DNA of 63,439 nucleotides, filler included, from Nemertoderma westbladi (lineage: Eukaryota; Animalia; Xenacoelomorpha): the NCBI GenBank assembly GCA_032718475.1. It is 5 parts of 5 records of this genome, joined end to end, with 100 filler letters (N's around TTAATTAATTAA, not from the genome) between each part and the next. Parts side by side here need not be neighbours in the genome. Positions count along the whole stretch, not along the records: positions 1 to 20,064 come from JAUCBJ010001274.1; 4 more parts are not named here. One strand, written 5' to 3'. The notes beneath the pieces were generated by a model. It was not told the DNA's origin. It made no database searches and saw only the letters and a program-made list of their open reading frames with translations. A program made the translations under genes and the position numbers. Shown here one piece after another: positions 11,584 through 20,164 of the stretch (position 1 is its first letter; the number at the start of each line of letters is the position of its first letter).

Positions 11584-13335
11584 ATGGCTTTGAATATCCA
11601 GGACTCTATTCCTCAGAAACACTCTTGGATTGTCAAGTATTCTATACGAGAGGAAAATGAACAATCGATAAGGGAGTTCAGACTGCCAGAGTGTATGTGC
11701 GATGTGGTGATAATCGTAAATAATTACCGAATATATGCTCATAGAGTGATTCTGGTGGCGATGACTGACTACTTCCGGGCCATGTTCACCAATAACTTTA
11801 TAGAATCACAAAAAAAAGAGGTTGAACTCCATGGCATAGATAAGAGCACAATGGAGCAACTGATAATCTTTGCCTACACATCGGATATAACTGTAGAGGA
11901 AAATAATGTAGAAGATCTGCTGCGAGCTGCCTGTATGTTCCAAGTGACTGCGGTGAAGGACTTATGCTGCGAGTTTCTAAAAAACCAACTGGACTCAGAA
12001 AACTGTATTGGTATAAGTTCATTTGCAAAAACCTATAGCTGCATGGACCTGGTGCGTGATGCTGATGAATTTAAGCACAACCATTTCCTGGCAGTAATGA
12101 AGTCCGAGGAGTTTCTTATGTTACCGACAGAGCAGCTCAAAACTATTGTTAGCTGTGATGAGCTGAATGTTTATTCTGAGGCCCAGGTCTTCACTGCTGT
12201 AATGAATTGGGTTAGGTTCAATATTGAGGAACGGTGTTGCTTACTTTTGCAGTTATTTCAACACATACGACTGCCACTACTCAGTATGGAGTTCCTAGTT
12301 ATGAAGGTGTGGGCTGACCCCCTGATTCAAAGAGATGCTGGGTGTCGGGATATTGTAGAGCTGGTATTCAGGCAATGGGAGGGCCGTTACACGCAGGGGG
12401 TGCAGCCCCGCAAACCTTCACCTTGTCAGGAAGTTATGCTCGCCATCGGAGGGATATTCATTAACAAAGAGATGGACTCATCCATAGAGCGATATGATCC
12501 GAAGTCGAACGAGTGGCAAAAGGTATCAAATCTTTTTCAACCCCGCTTTGAGATGAGAGTCGCATTTCTCGGGGGTTTTCTCTATGCAGTAGGAGGCACT
12601 GATTTCAATGGTAGATTTCTGAGAAGCATGGAGCGATACAACCTGAACAATGACCAATGGCACAATGATGTTGCTGCAATGAACACCAGTCGGGTCAACT
12701 TCGGTGTTGCTGTAATGGAGGGGTTCCTGTATGCCATAGGAGGAGTGAATAAAGATAATGACGACAACGATTACATTATTGTACATAAAACTGTGGAGCG
12801 ATATGACCCAATTTATAACCATTGGACGCCCGTCATGGCCATGAAGCGTCCAAGACGAGCATTTGCAGTGGCTGTACTCGATGGTTGTCTATATGCTATG
12901 GGTGGCTTTAATCATCATTATGATGGGTTCATGAATTCAGTCGAAAAGTACGACCCAAGAACTTGTAAATGGGTCCAAGTTGCCGCTATGAACACACACC
13001 GAATGGACCACAGCTGCATGGTGTATAAAAAACATATATATGTGGCAGGCGGATACAGCAGCCTGCACCATAGTAGCGTTGAGCGCTACAGTCCAGCAAC
13101 CAATACCTGGGAGTTTGTCGCATCAATGATGACTACACGCAAAAGGTTTGGGTTTGTTGTTACCTCCGGAATGCTCATGGCTGTGGGTGGTTTCGATGGG
13201 AGCGAGAGCACCAACACATGTGAAGTCTACAATGTGAAAACGGATACTTGGAAACTGTGTGGTGAGATGAATGCACCGAGAGTTGGTCCTGGGGTAGTTA
13301 AATTACCCTGCAAGTGCGGGGTGCTTATTTCGTGA
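11584..13335 (+). CDS. Intronless BTB-BACK-Kelch protein, divergent KLHL20/diablo-like (Cul3 substrate adaptor family)
   Basis: Uninterrupted 583-aa ORF from ATG 11584. BTB (CDVVIIV...AHRVILVAMTDYFRAMFT), BACK (NCIGI...EEFLML...SEAQVFTAVMNWV...HIRLPLLS) and six kelch repeats with GG...ERY...W. WHNDVAAM and LMAVGGFDG parallel KLHL20 WSSDVAP and LMAVGGFDG. Confidence 0.9.
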   Translation: MALNIQDSIPQKHSWIVKYSIREENEQSIREFRLPECMCDVVIIVNNYRIYAHRVILVAMTDYFRAMFTNNFIESQKKEVELHGIDKSTMEQLIIFAYTSDITVEENNVEDLLRAACMFQVTAVKDLCCEFLKNQLDSENCIGISSFAKTYSCMDLVRDADEFKHNHFLAVMKSEEFLMLPTEQLKTIVSCDELNVYSEAQVFTAVMNWVRFNIEERCCLLLQLFQHIRLPLLSMEFLVMKVWADPLIQRDAGCRDIVELVFRQWEGRYTQGVQPRKPSPCQEVMLAIGGIFINKEMDSSIERYDPKSNEWQKVSNLFQPRFEMRVAFLGGFLYAVGGTDFNGRFLRSMERYNLNNDQWHNDVAAMNTSRVNFGVAVMEGFLYAIGGVNKDNDDNDYIIVHKTVERYDPIYNHWTPVMAMKRPRRAFAVAVLDGCLYAMGGFNHHYDGFMNSVEKYDPRTCKWVQVAAMNTHRMDHSCMVYKKHIYVAGGYSSLHHSSVERYSPATNTWEFVASMMTTRKRFGFVVTSGMLMAVGGFDGSESTNTCEVYNVKTDTWKLCGEMNAPRVGPGVVKLPCKCGVLIS

Positions 13336-13476
13336 TTTTCTTCTACTAGTAATGTGAAATGTGAATATTTACAGAGGCTCATTGCGGCCAATGTTAAATT
13401 AAATTCAATTTCAATTCAATTTATTTTATTCACAACTTAATTAACAGTATATGTTATTATCAAAGTACAACTTCCA

Positions 13477-14262
13477 TCAACCCGAATATGCGAACTTAAA
13501 CTCGAATGGGAGTACAATTTCCGTCAACCCGAACATGCGAACCTTAAATTCGGATGGGAATGCAATTTCTGGCAACCCGAATACGCGAACCTTAAACTCG
13601 GATGGGAGTACAATTTCCGTCAACCCGAACATGCGAACCTTAAACACGGATGAGAGTGCAATTTCCGTCAACCCGAACATGCGAACCTTAAACTCGGATG
13701 GGAGTACAATTTCTGTAAACCCGAATACCGAACCTTAAACTCAGATGGGAGTACAATTTCCGTCAACCCGAACATGCGAACCTTAAACTCAGATGGGAGT
13801 ACAATTTCCGTCAACCCGAACATGCGTACCTTAAACTCGGATGGGAGTACAATTTCTTTAAACCCGAATACGCGAACCTTAAACTCAGATGGGAGTACAA
13901 TTTCCGTCAACCCGAACATGCGAACCTTAAACTCGGATGAGAGTGCAATTTCCGTCAACCCGAACATGCGAACCTTAAACTCAGATGGGAGTACAATTTC
14001 CGTCAACCTGAACATGCGTACCTTAAACTCGGATGGGAGTACAATTTCTGTAAACCCGAATACGCGAACCTTAAACTCGGATGGGAGTACAATTTCCGTC
14101 AACCTGAACATGCGAACCTTAAACTCAGATGGGAGTTCAATTTCCGTCAACCCGAACATTCGAATCTTAAACTCGGATGGGAGTACAATTTCCGTCAACC
14201 CGAACATGCGAACCTTCAACTCGGATGGGAGTACAATTTCTGTAAACCCGAATACGCGAACC
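13477..14262 (+). repeat. 48-bp minisatellite, about 16 copies, coding MRTLNSDGSTISVNPN
   Basis: Unit TCAACCCGAACATGCGAACCTTAAACTCGGATGGGAGTACAATTTCCG, with one 1-bp deletion near 13728. Reads in frame into the downstream unique ORF that ends at 14493. Confidence 0.95.
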
Positions 14263-16720
14263 ATAACACCAGGTGGGAGAGCGACTTCCACCACCCCAAA
14301 TATGCCAACCCCTATCATAGAGGCATCGCCTTTAAACAAGACGGTAAGCATCAGTAATAATAAAAAATCAGCACATTTCCTAGCCCCGAGAAGTAATAAT
14401 GAATTTGCGGAGAAAATGATTACACAACTACATAAAGCCATGGATAATAATAAACGAGCATTCACAAAAAGAAGGCAGATAACCTCACTTTAAATGAGAG
14501 GACAGCACTACACAACCTTAAGATAAATTAATTACTGCAAATTTGCAAAGGTGACAAGACTGGGAATACCATTTTGATGAATCTGGAGGATCACAACAGG
14601 AAATGTTGGAAAATAAAGAAATGTTGGACAATAAATAAAATTAAAACATACTCAAAGAGGACCCATCACATACTTTCAACAAATCACTAAAGACTAAAAC
14701 GTTTTGGTATACTGTACTAAACGTGGATCTATTTATTACCTTTATTACCCATCTACCCCATATTTCTATATTACTATTTAAGGACCACAAATAACAAACT
14801 AACTGGATAAGATGGGAAGACGGAAGATTATTACCAAAAGGACGACCTATTGTGGCTACTAAAGGCACCCTTCCCTATTTTACCCGCTTTCCAAATTTAT
14901 AAACAAAATGTTAGAACCTATTGTACTCAAATTAGATTCACACCTGTGGAACACAGAACACTTCATGGAAACAGTTCCTAGGAAAATTGACCCGAGTAGC
15001 AGCACACTTATCAGCCTCGATGTAGAGGATTATGTATACAAATATTTCCCATCCGTGGGCTGTAAAGCTATTCAATTAATTCTTGAGAAAGATCCGGATT
15101 CTATGAACCAAACGATTATCACACTTCCCAATAAGATCATAATAATAAAATTTGTTCTAGAACATAATTACTTTATTTTTAACTCCATATTTTACATCCA
15201 ACGGAAAGGGGTCGCCATTGTTCGCCAATGCACTTGTTTTACCAGGAATTTTTCTACCCTTTATTCTCTACCATTGAAACCCATTTTCTGAATATCCTAT
15301 ATACACCAACCGAACTTGGTAGTATCCTTCCTCAGTGCCAAAATAAAGGAGAAATAACACCTACTAACAAACAGCCTACAACAGCCCTGGGCCCCCCTGG
15401 GACTAACACAGAGAGGTTCAGCCCTCTAAGCAACCCCCAAATTACTACTGATGATATGCCTAAAACAAGCAAGAGCGATTAGAACCATGGCTACACCGCG
15501 GACAACACGATGGTGATAAAGTGCAGATCGAACATAAAATGCAATTGGAACAATACGACCCAGTCCCAAACGCTCATTACACAATTCTTCAATCCAGAGA
15601 TAATATATGTACCACAAACTGATGCTATCGAAACTGATAAGAAATTCAACATAACTTACTATAAGCGCTTCGTCGATGATGTTTACCAAATAATTTAAAA
15701 AACACTAAACCCAAGTGATATTGAGTATATAATGAAGATTATTAATTATGCAAGTTTTGCCCTCTATGGTAATTACAACATTAAATTCACCATTGAACAC
15801 TCAACTGAATCTCTACCATTCCTAGATACATTATCATCTAGCTTATCGCATGGCGATATCAACATCAGACCAAACATCACAACAATAACAAACTTAATTC
15901 TGTAATTAAAGAACAATTGTTACGGATTTATAAACGATGTGACAATGATATGGACACATATGCGGTACATAGGCACTTCTTCCTGGGTGACTGCGTCAAC
16001 TCTAATTGCCCCCTCCCTGTTATTAACAGACTACGCAAATGGAAACCCAAAACATCCAACGTAACGCAGAAATCCAAAGTAAACAAGAAACACAGACATA
16101 AATTGTTCATACCTACACCAGAACATCTAAGAAAGAATTTTAAATACATTGTGGACCATTTCAAACAAGGCCTTGCAACCGGCATCGGAATCGAACTTGT
16201 GCCATAAAACCCACTTCCCCCCGCACTGGGACATATTATTATGAGAAACAATACCGCTACATAAAATGACAATAAGTCATGCGTAACCATCCCTGCGTAA
16301 CCAAAAAATGTTTAACCTGCCCACATATCGCTAACCTACAGTACAACGTACGCAGTGGGGGGAACAGATACAGGGCTCCTTTAATTGTAAGTCGAACCTC
16401 GTAATCTACATGGGCTGGTGCGTCTTACACCCAACACAATATTACATCTGCCAAACTATCCAGCGTCTACACGAACGTATGAACGGGCCATAGAGCAATA
16501 TTAACAATTACCCAAAACGTATGAACGAGATAAGTAAAGGACGACATCCTCTTGGCCCGTCACATGTGCCGTTGTGGTTACGACAACTTCCGGGTCACCA
16601 TTACCGATAAATTCCCCAATCAAAAAACGCTTGTTGCAGCTGAAGGGAACCTGATAAACATGTTCAACCCCCCCCCCCCCCCCCCCTAAACTTGAATAAA
16701 CCCGCAATTTAGTCAACGAA
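14263..16720 (+). mobile_element. Decayed Penelope-like element (RT + GIY-YIG), Neptune-like
   Basis: Fragments in PLE order: KGDKTGNTILM (about 14548), PKGRPIVA (about 14834), LISLDVEDYV (about 15008), NYFIFNSIFYIQRKGVA, YYKRFVDD (about 15657), LPFLD (about 15812), HPCVTKKCLTCPHI (about 16289), and NCKSNLVIYMGWC...YICQTIQRLHERMNG (GIY-YIG, about 16383-16487). Many stops and frameshifts. Confidence 0.85.
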
Positions 16721-16799
16721 CGAACATAACCTATTATAATAAATTGTACCGGTACTAGCTTTCAGAGTATTTTTTCGTTCGAAACTATATTATAATAAA

Positions 16800-17560
16800 T
16801 TGCCGTCCATATATGGACCAGAACTGAACCTAACTTTATATGAGATTTTTGAATTACTTTCGGTTTACCAACTAATTTCCATTTATCTCTATTGATAATT
16901 TTTGAATTAATTACAGCTGCTACAGCTAGTTTTGTTCCGACCTACTTACCTTTAATCTTAGGTCAATATTTTTGAATTAATTGCAACTGCACCAAACACC
17001 TTATTCTTAATTCTGGGTGGATCTGACCTATTTCTTGTTTATGTTTAATTTTTAATTTTTGAATTGAGTACCTTATCCAATTGCTGGGTGGAACTGACCA
17101 TTGATTTTTATGATTTTTTTTGAATAATTACATTATTCTATTGGTGATACTTTTTGAAATAATTGCAGCTACAGCTAGTTTTCTTCCGACCTACTGTATA
17201 TTTTCCTATAGCACTTTTAATCTTTATGAATATTTTTGAATTAATTGCGGCTGGTTGGTTCGGACTTACTGTATAGTTTGCCGAGCACCATAAACCTTAT
17301 TCTATAAATAATGAATATTATCTGAATTATTTGCAGCTGGGTGAATCTGGCCTATTTCCATTTATTATTATTTTGAATTAATTACCCAATTACCTTATTC
17401 TATTGGCGAATATATCATTTGAGTTAATTGCAGCTAACCTACTACTCTGGTGGATCTGGCATACTCTCTTTTTTCTATTTATGATTATTTTTGTATTAAT
17501 TACCTTATTCTAGTACTGGATGGAATATTATTTTTGATACATACATTTGTTAGATTTAAT
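16800..17560. repeat. AT-rich degenerate tandem array, probably the PLE 3' region/pLTR
   Basis: Recurrent motifs TTTTTGAATTAATTGCAGCT, GGGTGGATCTGACCTAT and TACCTTATTCTA. Confidence 0.6.
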
Positions 17561-17654
17561 CTTTTGCTCCATACATTTCTTTTGGCTGGGTTTTTAAATT
17601 CAATTTTCTGAACAATTTGATTTTTCTGAATTCTGCTGGTGGTACTGTAACGTC

Positions 17655-17700
17655 CAAACGTCTGAAGCAGGCCCGTAGGCCGAAAACGTTTACGTACTAC
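17655..17700 (+). ncRNA. Degenerate minimal type-I hammerhead ribozyme motif
   Basis: ACGT-CTGAAG(C)A-GGCC-CGTA-GGCC-GAA-AACGTT-T-ACGT. Core boxes, a 4-bp stem II, a palindromic stem III and an ACGT/ACGT stem I are present. There is one extra C in the CUGANGA box. It lies downstream of a PLE, where such motifs are established. Confidence 0.6.
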
Positions 17701-17756
17701 TGAACTTACCGCCAACCTAAGACCCTTATACTGTTAACTGTCTATTTCTCTTCTGA

Positions 17757-18251
17757 TCAGGTCAGGTCCCCAGATCCTGCTACCACTATGGCAGTAATGT
17801 GGTACTACCTGTAGCTGCCAGCCCAGTAGGGCAGGCCCGATAAGCATAGCCTATTCATTATTTATTTGATCAAGAGTGGGTTGGTTCAGCCCCGTCAACT
17901 AAATAAGTCATTGAGGGCTATAGCGCCTAGGGCACCATTGAAGGCAAAGGCTTGATACGCATCTGCATTAGAGATGATACACGCCCCGCCCTGTCTATAC
18001 TGGATGCTCCTCTACCAGTGTTAGGTAACCTAACCCAGGAGGCACACTTGGTTCAGGGTGTAACAAAAGGACCCCTACAGCCTACAGTCGGCAGCAGGGC
18101 TGTAGGCCATGGATAGGCGGAAGGTAATCAACCAACGGCGATCTACTGCGAAGACGCTTGTAGGAGTTGCGACCACAAGCGGTTTACTCCCGCAACTGAA
18201 AGATATCTGTCCGAGTTCGCTCGACCTAGTACAGTAGTAGTAGTAGTAGTA
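17757..18251 (+). mobile_element. Non-autonomous bipartite RTE derivative (structured 5' leader + family-B 3' tail), SINE-like
   Basis: Starts TCAGGTCAGGT. Ends with 25 nt identical to the RTE-B 3' end (18207-18231 = 47363-47387) plus (TAG)n. TSD GTCTATTTCTCTT at 17740-17752 and 18252-18264. Confidence 0.85.
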
Positions 18252-19643
18252 GTCTATTTCTCTTGTTGAATTAATCCTAAATTAATTATACACGAAATAT
18301 GTAGTTCAACAGTTTTTGTTCGAAACTTTATTATGACTATTACTCCGTTGGCAAAGACATATCAGTTCATTTCATCTCTGTTATTATCAAGGCAGTTACA
18401 CCAAGTTACACCAATACTGATAATATATAATTAGTAAATATGCGTCGGTTCCTAAAGTATGCTAGGCATACCAATCTATGTACAAATACAACATGTAAGC
18501 AATTAAGGGGGGGGGGGGGGGGGGGGGTACACCCCGCCTCCCCACCCCCGGACACTATTTTAAATGTCTACAATTTCTACTGAAATTAAAATATTTTAAT
18601 TTATACAGTATGGGCTGTTAAAATATGGCTAAATATTTGTTCTTCCGAAAAATTTTCAAATTTCCTGTCGCCTCCTAGCGGCCAATGAATGAAACGAGAT
18701 TTGCGGTTAAAATGCTACTATTCATTCAATTTTAGGTGAATTACAGTACGGATGGCTGTAAAAACAGAAATATTAAAATTCCAACCGATAACTTTTAAAG
18801 AACTGCCGAAACCCATTCAAATGAGCCAAAAATAAAGAAAATTGGTTAAAAAATGGCGGAGGAGTAGTATTTTAAAAAATGAAAAATGTCATTCCGAGAT
18901 AAATTGCCTTCAAATTTTAAACCATCCCGCCAAAAGTGGATTTCTGTGGTCTGGGTTGGTTAATTGTTTCTGGCATGATAGAAGCACATCACCGGGCTAT
19001 AGGGGTTTTCGGGGTCAGTGATTTCATTTCCGATGTTAGTTTTAAGGTTTGGTGGAATGTAGTCTGTCTGTCTGTCTTACAATTTGACTCACAGACCATC
19101 ATACAGAAAAACAGCGATAACTCGAGAACTAAACTGAGCTTCGCTAAGCCGTTTTCAGATTTGAAATCCGCTTTAAATTTTGCTATAGATTAAATAAAAA
19201 GCAGATATTATAAAACAAAATGATTTTTAAAGATGTACAGTAGTATTTACTATTAGGTAAATCTAATATCACCTATTTTCTTCTCTGTTGAATTTTGTTA
19301 AGCACTTTTCAGCACTTAGAACTTTTCATTATTGGCCATCATGTTGGCACCTATTTCGAAATTTATCGATTTGCAAAAGCGGCCCTAAATTTCCATATTT
19401 ATAATGCTATAAAGGCACCCAGTGTATGTTTACTGAACTCAGCGACAACGAAAACCCTTATAGATTTGAGATTTATGTCAAAGTAACTATTTTTTCGGAA
19501 ACCAAAAAATCAATCAACCAAAAACAAAACGAAAAGTGCTAGCAATTTGGTGACTTTCATTATGATTTTTTATCACCATTATGCTGAATTACATGTCAAA
19601 CTGATAAAAAAAGATCGGTGAGTCAAAAAAACATTTTCCGAAT

Positions 19644-19889
19644 TTAGCCCGATTTGGGCAGGAAGAACTGGCGAATGCGAGGGCAAGGGAGGTATCCACC
19701 AAACTCTTTGCATTGAAGTGATCTGGGGTGATAGACGTAGATAAAGTGTACATAGGGATGTATCTGGTCGATACGGGGGATAAAGTTAGTTGGGAGGGCA
19801 GGTTCGAACGAGGAGGATTCAGTGTCATCTGTCGGTAGGGCCAAAACGGCCAGCAAAAACAGCGAAAACAGTAAACATGTACGCGCCAT
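19644..19889 (-). CDS. Candidate 81-aa secreted peptide precursor
   Basis: MARTCLLFSLFLLAVLA (signal-peptide-like), an acidic segment LPTDDTESSSFEP, then an aromatic/cationic C-terminus with two Cys ending KSG. ATG context attATGG. More GC-rich than its flanks. No homolog recognised. Confidence 0.5.
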   Translation of the reverse strand: MARTCLLFSLFLLAVLALPTDDTESSSFEPALPTNFIPRIDQIHPYVHFIYVYHPRSLQCKEFGGYLPCPRIRQFFLPKSG

Positions 19890-20064
19890 AATATGCACAA
19901 CCAACTCCGGGAATTGATGCAGTATCAGGCTAAACAAAAAGATATAGAACTAGTACCAAAGTTGGGTTTATCAGAAAGTGAAGCTGGCTCAGCTAGTATA
20001 TATGAGAAACCAGGTGTGATGGAAAGTTTTGCTAATACCCCACTTCGTGGAACCAAACGACAGA

Positions 20065-20164
20065 NNNNNNNNNNNNNNNNNNNNNNNNNNNNNNNNNNNN
20101 NNNNNNNNTTAATTAATTAANNNNNNNNNNNNNNNNNNNNNNNNNNNNNNNNNNNNNNNNNNNN
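20065..20164. other. Assembly gap linker (N44-TTAATTAATTAA-N44)
   Basis: An identical 100-bp construct recurs at 31880, 41066 and 53874. Confidence 0.98.

Noticed and set aside
20109-20120. TTAATTAATTAA motif centred in N runs
   Set aside because: Identical in all four gaps, so it is an artificial scaffolding linker. Adjacency across gaps is also uncertain.
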